This document shows, one piece after another, positions 53,354-64,000 of a stretch of DNA of 64,000 nt. Positions within the stretch are counted from its first letter, which is position 1; each line of letters starts with the position of its first letter. The stretch spans positions 213,824-277,823 of the forward strand of contig JAAOMT010000479.1 in the NCBI GenBank assembly GCA_016748015.1, in the 5' to 3' direction. Source of the stretch: Geosiphon pyriformis uo1. Taxonomy: Eukaryota; Fungi; Glomeromycota. A program made the translations under genes and the position numbers. The notes under the pieces were generated by a model, which saw only the letters and a list, made by a program, of their open reading frames with translations, made no database searches and was not told the DNA's origin.

Positions 53354-56300
53354 TCATCGACAAACTGCCGGCGTCAAGGTCACACGTATAACACCATCTT
53401 CCCCAAGTCTACCCCTGCCTAATTCCTCATGTTCCTCTGGTCGATAATGAACTGTAAAAGATTCAGCGACTGACGGTGTTAGAGAATCAGCGACTGAAAT
53501 TGCAAGTGATTCACGATCTTCTGAGATCCTTTCATCGTTAATATGAGACAGATTTTCCTTTTTGTAATTACCATCCCAAGTTTTCCGCATATTTACCACA
53601 CCGATTGATTCATTAAAGACTCGGCCAGTTCCACCTCCAGGAACAAGAGAGGGTGGTACAGGAACATTTCTTTGCCTCATCCTTTTCTCGGGCAACATAG
53701 CAACTGGGCCGGATCCGAAATTAGATGCTAAAGCTGGGTCAAGATTTGGATGATTCATTCCAGCTATTATTGCATTTGCGGTAATTATATTGGCGGGTTG
53801 AACATGTTTCCTTTTGTTTTTTTGCTTACTAGTTTCTAATGTTGAAACAGCAATAAGTGCCTCAAATTCTTGCATCTTTTTTAATTTTTCAGCTTCTGAT
53901 GCAGAAGTGGGACTCAGAGGAACAGCTGATTCAGTTGCTCTTCGAGGTCGATTTGGTCGTGGTGTATTTAACAATGGTCTCGGAGTTGATGGAGGAGATT
54001 GTGGTGAGGGTGTTCTGGGAAGGGAACGTGGAGGAAGTGGCGGTGATAGGGGACCTATAGGGCCATTAATTGATGAAAACAGTGGAATGTGTGTAGGTGG
54101 GGAAAGTGGAGTCCGAGGTGTCGTCGAGGTTACTGAGTAAGTCGGAGATGATGGGGATTGAGGAGATGTAGACGGAGGAAAAGCTGGTGATAACTCTGCT
54201 CTTGGTCTCGTCTCACGACTCGGCTGCTTATTAAATAGCCCAAGGAGTGACATACCAGATTTATTTCTTTTTCCAGAATCGAAAGCAGGGGAAGCTGTTA
54301 TTGAAGTCGGATCTTGTGGCTCAGAAGGTGATGAATTCAATAAAGTGGTGCCAATGTCTGATTGATCATCATCAGAGCTAAGCTCTGATTTTATGACTGA
54401 GGTTAAACTAGGCTTGACCAAGGGTCCAGGTTGTTTGACCACAATTGTTTGTAACCTCGACGACGGCGTACTATGTTCCATATATGATGGTGAGGGAGTC
54501 AGGTGAGTAGGAAATGCAGGTGGCTCGACATCGATGTCTGATTTTAAAGCTCTTTGTTCAGGTGTCCGATTTCCCAGTGATGCTAACAATGAATTGCCAT
54601 TAACAGGGGGCCTTTTGGTTGGGGGATATTCAATCGTTGAAGTATTGATTCTATCAACTTGAGGCCTCCGAGGTGGTGGTAATGGTGAAGGAATCAAAAG
54701 ATTTTCCTGTTTACGACTTTCCTCTTCCATTTTTCTAACTAATTCTTGAGTTTTGATTATTCTTGTAACTTCTAGTCCATTTTCAGGCTTAGAATTCAAA
54801 GTCTTTGGTTCTCCTTGCTCAGCATTAGTCCCTTCGAGTTTTTCCCTCCGTTTTTTTTCCTTCTTTTCCCGTCTCTTTCTTTCTCGTCTGGCTTCTCTAT
54901 CTTCAACCTTGGCATTGCTGCCCTTTTTCGTCTTTCTACGAATCACCGTTTTAGTCTGTGAAGCTAAAATTATCGAAGCACGATTTTTCTTTGATGGAGC
55001 GTCATAAGCGCCCCCTAGTAACGACATCATAACACTATCTTCCAATAGTTGGCGACGTAATAGTACCGATGATCTTTTCCCTCCAGTAACTATTATTGAT
55101 GCACGTTTTCTTTGAGATGCTACACGTGACATTCTCTTCGGTTTCGAAGACATTATACGAGTTATATTATGAGGGTTACATGATATTAGTCGGGAAGACC
55201 GATCTGAATTTGGGGATAAAATTCGAGACCCAGGTCTGGAGTTTGGAGCTAGAACTAATGATGGGCGCTTTGTAATCGAATTTAATTGTTGGACAGATGC
55301 TTTTTTACGAGGCAATGGAACAAGGGTGACGTGCATGAGCTGAGGGGGGTAAAGCGGCTTGGGTACCCAAGGAAACCGGCTATCATACAAAGGTAAGGGA
55401 TCACCATCATCTTCAAGATCAGTTGGGTCATTTGAGTAAGCCGGGTTAGAAGTTGGAGCTAACTCTATATCCCGTGGCCAACGCTGTCCCATCTGGCGTC
55501 TAGATGTCGTTGCTCTTGGTTGTTCAAGCTTACGCGGATGTACATTCATATATTTTTGGTCGGGTAATTCCCATGGTGGGCTACGGAGTATTTCGGGTTG
55601 AAATCTATTCATTACCAAACTTTTTCGATTTCCTTTACCTTTCCACATTCCTGATAATGATTGCTTCTTATCTTTGGGTTGCTTTTTTATCTCTTCACCT
55701 CTTCCACTTTTTTGTTCTTTGTCTGAAACCATTTTTGAACTAGTCGTTCGATTTTTTTCGGCTTGGTTATCTGTTAACAAAGAATTTCCTATTTCTAAAG
55801 ATTTTATTTTCCTGATCGATGCAACAGAATTCAAATCTGAATCTGAAAATGAATGCCGATGTTTGCCCTTTAAGTTTGTAGAGTTCAAAGCTTGAGCATA
55901 ACTCTTAAAATTTGGCACAATGTTTTCATTATTGGGATTATTTGTCGTTGACAAGTTCGATAATGAATTTCTTGATGTCATTTTAGCTTCGTCTTCAGTA
56001 GCACTGTGATATTCCACTACTTTCACTTTCGTGACCGTAATTCCGTGTGGTGATAATGGAGCAATATCTTGAAGTTCTTTTGTGGCTTTTATCGTGGTAT
56101 CAATAAACATTGAAGACTTGTTTGAGACCACAGATGAGGTTTTGGTTGTTTGCGGTAATGATGTGGTTGGAGAAAGGGGAGGATTGGATGGTTGTGTTGT
56201 TTCTCTCGCAGCCAGTGCGGAATCCGGGGCAACGATTCTTTTATCTTTAATCTCCTGCTCATTTGTAAAATCCTGATAATCCAAATCATACATCGCATAC

Positions 56301-56476
56301 CTTTTTAATGGAGAATTTTGGGTCGGTGTTGCACTGGAAGGTCGTCCACTTCCATTAATTCCTTCAAATTCAGGTGCTGGAGAAAATTTTGCGACTGATT
56401 CACTGGATCGGCGCCTACGGTGACTTTCCTCAAAATGTGACGAATCACCCGAATGTCGCCCGAAAATGCCCCACAT
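53354..56476 (-). CDS. 1040-aa single-exon Ser/Pro-rich, probably disordered protein of unknown function
   Basis: Long uninterrupted ORF with normal CpG content, many PxxP/SP motifs and a basic-acidic coiled stretch. No catalytic motif recognised. Confidence 0.85.
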   Translation of the reverse strand: MWGIFGRHSGDSSHFEESHRRRRSSESVAKFSPAPEFEGINGSGRPSSATPTQNSPLKRYAMYDLDYQDFTNEQEIKDKRIVAPDSALAARETTQPSNPPLSPTTSLPQTTKTSSVVSNKSSMFIDTTIKATKELQDIAPLSPHGITVTKVKVVEYHSATEDEAKMTSRNSLSNLSTTNNPNNENIVPNFKSYAQALNSTNLKGKHRHSFSDSDLNSVASIRKIKSLEIGNSLLTDNQAEKNRTTSSKMVSDKEQKSGRGEEIKKQPKDKKQSLSGMWKGKGNRKSLVMNRFQPEILRSPPWELPDQKYMNVHPRKLEQPRATTSRRQMGQRWPRDIELAPTSNPAYSNDPTDLEDDGDPLPLYDSRFPWVPKPLYPPQLMHVTLVPLPRKKASVQQLNSITKRPSLVLAPNSRPGSRILSPNSDRSSRLISCNPHNITRIMSSKPKRMSRVASQRKRASIIVTGGKRSSVLLRRQLLEDSVMMSLLGGAYDAPSKKNRASIILASQTKTVIRRKTKKGSNAKVEDREARRERKRREKKEKKRREKLEGTNAEQGEPKTLNSKPENGLEVTRIIKTQELVRKMEEESRKQENLLIPSPLPPPRRPQVDRINTSTIEYPPTKRPPVNGNSLLASLGNRTPEQRALKSDIDVEPPAFPTHLTPSPSYMEHSTPSSRLQTIVVKQPGPLVKPSLTSVIKSELSSDDDQSDIGTTLLNSSPSEPQDPTSITASPAFDSGKRNKSGMSLLGLFNKQPSRETRPRAELSPAFPPSTSPQSPSSPTYSVTSTTPRTPLSPPTHIPLFSSINGPIGPLSPPLPPRSLPRTPSPQSPPSTPRPLLNTPRPNRPRRATESAVPLSPTSASEAEKLKKMQEFEALIAVSTLETSKQKNKRKHVQPANIITANAIIAGMNHPNLDPALASNFGSGPVAMLPEKRMRQRNVPVPPSLVPGGGTGRVFNESIGVVNMRKTWDGNYKKENLSHINDERISEDRESLAISVADSLTPSVAESFTVHYRPEEHEELGRGRLGEDGVIRVTLTPAVCR

Positions 56477-58578
56477 TTTGTTATTTTTTAAACAGATACT
56501 ACCACAAAGGCTTTAGTTGAGAAAGGAATGAATTGAGAACAATAGTTTCCGCGCGGAGGCTATTTCGAGGCCAAAGTAATCTTGGTGAAACTTTGAAGAT
56601 CTCGAAATATGAAAAAGTTTCAGGTAGACAGCAGTTGGAGCTGTTGTGACGTTAAGTTATCCACAGACCAGCTACGGCAAGGCAAATCTGTAAGGAAAAT
56701 ATTCAAAATTGATAATGATGGTTAAGGAAAATAGCTTTTGGTATTGGATATAGTTATTATAAGCGGACATTCCCAAGATTTGACACTGAATTTTTCCTTT
56801 GTTTCTTATTTTGGTATAATAGGTGAAAAGAGGATTCTCTTTTTTCAAAACTCTGGACCAATTAATCAATTAAAAAGAATAATAATTTACAATTAATGAA
56901 GTTTAAAGTAATTGATATGCAGGTTTTCTAAGAGCGCCCATCGAGGAAGCAAAAGGAACAATATATGCTAGTATACTAGGAAAAATAGAAAATAGAAAAT
57001 AGAAAAAAAGAGGCGACAACTTAAACGTTAAAATCTTGGATTTTTACAAATAAAGTCCATTCAAATGAAAAACTTTGAAAATTCTTTTGTCCAACCAAAT
57101 TCAAAAAGGATACGAATAAAATACGTCACTGAATACAAAACGAGAGGGTTAATTAAGGCGTTAAGTTAAAGGGAAAAGGGAATGAGGAAGAAGAGTGGAG
57201 GAAAACCCTCGTCGTTCGATGTAATGAAATCGTATGTGAGTGGAATATTCAATATAACACACTGGACCGGCTCGTTAGTACACACGCGCACGCAGGTTGC
57301 GTTCAATATTTTAACGTAGTGAAAATTGCAATTAAAAAATCAACGATGGATGGTTGGTGATCTTCTCCTCAAACACGACAATATAAGATTTATTCTATGT
57401 CGTACGAAACTCACTAAACGACATCAAGGTTTTGGTTGGGAAGTTACATTTGTACACACATAATTCATTTGTCAAATTAAATCTTGTGCTCAAATTGTAT
57501 TTTAATGCATATGTTGCTCCTCGCGCTAATCCAAAAATAGATGATTGGAGAATGTTGCCCTATATGGGAGGTATAGCAAAAATCAAAGCCTGTATTATGT
57601 ATTTATATAGGAAGGGGGCATTAACAGGGCAAAAGAACTTAAAGTTAATGTAGGATATTTCTTGAACAATGGTACTTAAATGTTGACTTTCAAAAAGTAG
57701 AAATCCTCTAGAAATTCTCTTTTGGACTCCAAGATAAAGACTGGGTTGTACGGATGTTTCAAAAAAATAACCGAAAGGAACAATGTAAAAGGAAATTGAG
57801 GACAATATGCTAGGAAATTACCTAGGATCTTCCCGAATTCGGGAAATAACATGTTAGAACCTCAATAAAGGGAAATATTTATTATTTGAGATCGGGATTG
57901 CCGGGGAATCGACAATCCTTTTCCTTTTTAGTGATCGGGAAATTAAAAAATCTAGGTTGCGGTTTAAAAGGATGTATTAGCATATAAGAAGAACTCTCTA
58001 TCAACCTGTTACCCTAAACATAGCTATTGGGTCTCGAAGTTTTGTAATCCCTTGTAATTTACTGCAGATTCAAGCAGAGGGATCACCAATTATCACCTTG
58101 TATGCTTTTCAAAGTAATTCGGATTTACAGAAACCACATAGCCGATAATGTGTCTGAGTTTCCATAAGCTTTTTTTTGTTGAATGACAAACAAGCCCACA
58201 TAAATGATCTTTGGTCGAAAACAGGCACTATCCTATCATTAAAAGGAGAATCTACGCTGGTCAGTTCTCTTTTATATGTATATGATAAATTAACAATTTG
58301 AACTGGACACATGGCGCATTATATTTATATAATAATGGTGTCTTGATTTGCAAAGCATGTTATATTTTATAGTCCCTAACTTGGTAAGGAGACATTATTG
58401 AATTAGTCAAATATCTATGCTCTTAGAATATGTAGAATATGAAAAAACAAACATAAAAAATTCTTTCAGTTGAAAATAGTCTATGTTTTACTGTCAAAGC
58501 TATAAACTTCGTGATTGGGCCTTTATCCTTTTAAATTAAAACGAGTTATTAAATATAGTCTCCATAATTAGAAAATGA

Positions 58579-59958
58579 TTAATTTTTTCCAATAATTGGC
58601 GACCCTGCTTTCTCTGCATACTCTGTCCAACTTCCATCATAAACTGCGATTTTTTGTGCACCAATTCGTTCCAATGAGAAATATAAAATAGAAGCTGTTA
58701 TACCACTACCACAACTTAATACAATTGGCTGTGACAATTTGACATTCTTTGATTCAAAAAGTTCCCTTAGAGATTCCTCGTTACGTAGAGTTTTGGTGGA
58801 TGAGTCTATAACAGCATCAAATGGAATGCTAATAGAATAAGGCATATGACCGCTAGGAAGTCCTGGCCGTGGTTCCTTATCAGTGCCATAAAATCTGGAA
58901 TTGTTGCACGGGTAAATTATTTTTCATCTGGTTTTCACATAACTAATTTGAATCGAGTGTTTAACTTCAGACAGTTTACCGCGATTCAGGCCTTGCATCT
59001 ATGACCTGTTCATAATGAGACTCTGTTGTTGGGCCCCTTTTGATATTTTCGATCATATCTTCATAGTTGCGTACCAACGCGTAATTGAGCAGGGGTATAG
59101 GATAATTTTTGGGCTTTTTTTAGAAAATCATCAATATATTAATGTGATGGGATCATTATTAATTATTCATAACAAATCAATGATATATTTGTCTACCATT
59201 ATTGTTACGGGTCCATTCTCTATTTCTCTTTTCTCCGCCAACCAACGAGGCAGACCACCGTCAAGTACAGAGACTTTTTCATGGCCAAAAACCTATCCAA
59301 TACACGGCTGTTATTCTGAAAGATCAGAAAATCCTAATAAACCTATAAAAACCAATTGCTGAAACTCGCCTTGAAAGTCCAGTAGGCACGAGGGGCTGAA
59401 AAAACTCCTATCGAGTCATAAGCAATGATATGATCCGTCTCTGAAATCCCCAAATTACCTGGGTCAACAAAATAGAGTTTATTTAATCGTTGATACTCTA
59501 AAACAAACATAATCTAATTCAGATGAAAAGACTAGAAACAAACCAACTGCTTTCGCAAAATCCTCCGGTGAAGGTAACATGTGAGGTAAATTGCTATTTC
59601 TATCTTTAATCTCATCGATCCCAAAAAACCGGGCACCCTAAAAAATAAGATAAGAAATTTTAAAAGCCCAATTATTAGTAAAGTGGTAAAAATGCAAAGG
59701 TTACTAAACTCTGATTCGTGTATTCAAGTATTCTTTATGAGGATTCCTGTTCGTTCCGGGCATATGCCAAGAACAATCAAGCGGAATAACAGTGTCGAGA
59801 TTGGCAGCAAGCCAATCAGAAGAGACGAGGGTATTGTAGTTCCTTGAGGACATTCCTGAAGCTTTTAATGTGATGACTGAGTTCTGTTGAATATTCAAGT
59901 ATGAAAACCCATTATTCGGTTTGAGATGGGGAAGTTCGAATTTACGAAAAAGCCTCAT
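58579..59958 (-). CDS. TUM1: Tandem-rhodanese 3-mercaptopyruvate/thiosulfate sulfurtransferase (multi-exon)
   Basis: LVSSDWL, LDCSWHMP, PHMLPS, VLDGGLPRW, EPRPGLPSGHMP, active-site CGSGITA and VYDGSWTEY. Confidence 0.93.
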
Positions 59959-60342
59959 TATAATTTTTTGATAATAATTTTTTGGTCACGTTACCCAAAA
60001 AATCAGTTTTTATAGATTTTGACATGGTGGACATGTGACGTTACAGGCCTAGCAAACCAAAATAACTACGCCTGATGATCCACTTCTTACTTATATTTTC
60101 TGCCTTGTACGGTTCTGGGGGGAGCTCAACGAGAACGTTCAAGGCTGGCTCGACCAAAAGCTTTTGGAACCTGCTTATACCCGGTGGGCATGTTAGAACG
60201 GGGAGCGTTCACCTTGCTATTTCACACCGCATTCCAACCTCTCAAGCTTACACCTTTACCGTTCATTATTCATTAATATTCTTTCATGTCATTTTGACTT
60301 GTTCCTTGCAGATTCTTCCTTGATGATAATTTTGACGTGTCG

Positions 60343-62687
60343 ATGGAAGCTCAAGAAAGCACCGAAAATGGTTCAAATGATCCGAATACGTCAACGCTGG
60401 TGTTCAATGACCAGTTTCGAGCATTCTCTCAAAACGACAAATCCGTTTTTTTCAAGCTCCGTATTCGGTCAGGACTGACCTACTTCGACCGTACTGGATA
60501 CATATAAGTGCTTGATTCCTATGAAGAGGATTCACTACTCTTCCTACGTCCGCCCCGGTTCGGCAAGTCCCTGACACTTGATACGCTTGCCTACTTCCAT
60601 GGGGTGGAACACAATATTCACTATGATAAACTCTTCAGGGCTAATAGCGATAACATCTCTTCTTCTTTTGGTTTGTTTCCATTGTTAACTCCCTTTGTCC
60701 GTTGCTTGTAGGGCCTTGCTGTTGACAAGGATGCCGATTCTAAAACGGTTCATCCTCACCAGTATCTCATTCTGTCTCTCGAATTTTCTGCTGTCAACTG
60801 TCGCCCCAATCCCGGGGTTGCCAAAGCTGGGCTCTTCAACATGATTAACACTGCCATTAGAAAATTTTACATGACATATGTGACTTATCTGGGTGACTAC
60901 AATGGCCTATAATTAATAGAATGATGCTATCTGCAGTCTTTCGATGTGTGTTATGGTTGTCCAAGCGGCATTACGAGCTGTACCTTAGGGAGATGCCGAA
61001 CATCCGCTTGCTGGCGTGAAGGGGGTAACTATAGTAGCAACCTCGTTTTGCCTTGAATATGATAATTGTTGCTCACGTCTCCTAACATGTTTCCTTACAG
61101 ATATATCTCCTGGCCGATGAGTACGACGCCTTTGCCAACCAAAATATTCATAGTGGCCAGTCCTCACTTAAGGACTTCTGGGCGTAAAATGGGACACCAA
61201 GAATTGAAAAATGTTTCATTATGGGAGTGTTGCCACTCTCGCTGGCTGATGCCACTAGCGGCTTTAATATCGCAACGAATGTCTCAAGCAAGCTAAACCT
61301 TGCCGGTTTCTGTTGCCTCAGTAATGGCGATGTGCGTTCCGCTTTGAAACTTCTCTGCTCAAATAGAGACGTCGAGAAACACTTCCGTATCATGGTGCGC
61401 CACTACAATGGCTACTGTTTCTCGCCATATGCTACTGCTCAGCGTGTTTTTAACATAAATACATGCTTAAAGTATCTTCAGGTGAGTGACAGGCACTATA
61501 AAAATCTTTCTCAACATTATATGGTCATCTTCACTGTATTCTTACTGTCATTGTCGTTGTAACTTTACATATTAGAGTTTGGCAATGAATAGGCCGATTA
61601 ATCCAAATAACCCTTCCAATTGGGAGACATCCGAAACTTTGCTCCAGATGCTTGCTAGCTCACCTATTGCAACCGACATCCTTGAAAAGGTCGGTGGCCG
61701 TAATTCAGCATTGGATTTCGATATCTGGCGTGATCCGATCAAACATGACACGTTGCCGATTCTCCGACTTGGTATGCGATAAGTCTTGTTCCGTGCGTCT
61801 AATGTTGGTTTCCTTTACGACAAGAATATTTATGTTTTGTTGCCCCCCCCCCCCGAATATTCTGAAGAAGGACGCCATGAAGAACAAAGAGGCATGGCTA
61901 AGTTTTATGCGCTATGTCGGGGGTTTAACGTATGCCGAAGAAGAGCCCGTGAAGCAGCTACAAATTCCTAACTCAACGCTTCGTAATGGCTGTTTTGGGT
62001 CGTTACCAGCTGCGCGTAACGGATATTGAGGAGGGTCTTCGAAAAATCGCAACCACTGGCGATGTTTCGCAATTATTGGGCTGCCATGAAAGGTTGATGA
62101 GCCAGTATGACATTGGTTTCAGCGACTTCGACAAGAACGAAGAGCATCACCGTGACAGCATCTACTACACGCTTCTCAAGAATCCACTTCTATAAGGACA
62201 CGTAGATTTCAAAGTCAGAAACGAATAATTGTATTTAATTCGACCTAATGATCCATATTTATTTCCCGGATAGGCTTGATGATCGAAATACCAAGCACAG
62301 GCAACACAATAATCATCGAATTTAAGATTATTAAGATCGATTTTCTGAATATTGCTGGAGCCAATCGCCTTCAAAAAGGATCAACTCTAGAAGGCTATTC
62401 GAGTGCAGATGATGTACTACAAATTCTATTTGGGTCCTGGGATACTATCCAAATTGGAAACGAGAGACGAGCTGGAAACTCTATCATTCATTGGATCACA
62501 CTCCCAGGAGGACGCCGCTCAGTTGGCGAGTTATTGGAATGGACCGCATGTTGCTAATATGCGCATGCAGGAACATGTTTCTGCCTACCTGGTAATCATT
62601 GTTGGCTCTCGCAAGGTTCTGTTTTCCCGGCTGGGCGATAATAGCCAGCTGGAAAATTTTAATTTTGCAGGTTCACTTAGTGCGTGA
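60343..62687 (+). pseudogene. AAA-ATPase-like / PD-(D/E)xK nuclease family gene, intron-containing, apparently disrupted
   Basis: YFDRTGYI, LFLRPPRFGKS (Walker A), YLLADEYD (Walker B), GV...SGFNI, YNGYCFS, VFN and C-terminal IIIEFK. In-frame TAA at 60505-60507 and further stops or frameshifts. Confidence 0.75.
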
Positions 62688-63139
62688 AAGGATTGATAAG
62701 TCTGAAATGATATTAGATTGCAATATTGCGTTCTACTTTCACATTCATGCCATGTAATCAAAACAAAATTGTCTTTTTAGTATTAGCACATAAATAATTT
62801 GAGGATAGCAATCGAGATGTCAATTCAGAATCTTCCCAAACCGTTTACAGCATCATTAACTGATTATAATTTTCCTTTGAAGACAATTGATTCTTTTAAG
62901 TTTCTTAAAAGCAACTTTTAGTTAGGCTTTTCTGATATTATGTATCTTATTTACAGTGCAAATACCCAGATTGTTTTTAAAAAAATTTCAAGATTTTAGT
63001 GTTAGGCCGAGCTATTTCTAACGAAAGACATGTGTGATTCATAAGCAATGATAAAATGAAAATGTTATTTTCAGAACCAATTCAGAACCATTAATTCCAC
63101 AAATTGGCATACATTTCTTTTTAATTAATCCCAAAAATA

Positions 63140-64000
63140 TTCTTCGAAATTTAGAACCAATAGTTGTAATACAACAACAACCAAACTTGAACATTTAAAT
63201 TATTTAATTATATTAGCAATTCCTTTTAAATAACACAAAAACATTAAATAGAAATAGTAAAATAATTACCAAAAAATACCCAATTTCAAAATATATAAAA
63301 ACCTTTATACCAAAAATAATTTTTCCTTATTCTTTCAAATTACAAAATTTTATAATGCTTATTCTCCGAAACATCCAACAAATATTCCAAAAATTAATGT
63401 TAGTTTTGAAAACACTTCTTGACTTATTTATAATAATTAATAGAAGTCAAATTAATTACATTCAAAAAAAAACTACAATCCTAGTAATAAATAATTCTCA
63501 GAATTATCACTCTTATAAAAGAAACACAAGAAGTTATTCTGAAGTTTGATTACCAGAACTTTTAAAGCAAGCTTTAAAAAAAAACTTTTTATTAGCTCCT
63601 ATTAACATTTTACTGAATGTTATCACTCAACAAAAACTTCAAATATGTTTTAATGAACAGAATAATGAATATACTCTTATATATAAATATTTTTATATTA
63701 AAAAAACACTTTATAAACAAAAACTGAAATTTAAAGCAACAAACCTTACTTCTAAAGCTATACAAAAACAAATTCACAATGAATTCAAGACAGCAGTTGA
63801 ACCAACAAACACCTAATACAAACTTAGAACAACTATTAAATTCTATAATCTGTTCAATACTTGTAAAAATATTCTACAAAATTTAATACTGCAACCAATA
63901 AAGATTTAACAATTTTCAGATCAAATTACTTTCATTATTTTGAATTACTATTTCAATATTATAGATAGTGCTTGGATTTTGATAAAGCTCAGTTTTAAAG
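63140..64000 (+). mobile_element. C-family gypsy relic: integrase tail plus ORF3, running off the window
   Basis: ttagaaccaatagttgtaatacaacaa matches the C integrase end. 63397-64000 translates to YHSYKRNTRSYS...YKYFYIKKTLY...HNEFKT, homologous to C ORF3. Confidence 0.8.

Noticed and set aside
57821-57956. CCCG/CGGG-rich segment with CTAGG ends, possible MITE
   Set aside because: The inverted repeat is short and imperfect, with no TSD or second copy in the window.

Overview
Eukaryotic, AT-rich, intron-dense fungal DNA. Gene style and repeat families point to Glomeromycotina (Geosiphon-like; inference, not checked). The left arm (1-12 kb) holds a Tc1/mariner end plus Hsp20, Fes1, a Sak1/CaMKK-type kinase, SRP-receptor beta and a mitochondrial phosphate carrier. 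The centre (12043-51553) is a 39.5 kb CpG-depleted nested transposon island. It is bracketed by ~600-650 bp terminal inverted repeats with a TGT start and a 4-bp CTAT target duplication. It contains two near-complete Ty3/gypsy elements, older relics and a solo LTR, one full APE-RT-RNaseH LINE, and an ORF1-only LINE partner sharing the LINE 3' tail. The gypsy elements have an unusual layout: Gag-PR-Cys-rich module-dUTPase-RT-RH, an apparently separate integrase ORF, and a conserved non-env ORF3 before the PPT. The right arm holds a 1040-aa Pro/Ser-rich protein, a TUM1/MPST sulfurtransferase, an intron-containing bacterial-type AAA-ATPase/PD-(D/E)xK pseudogene and another gypsy relic. All calls were made by eye, and relic boundaries are approximate.
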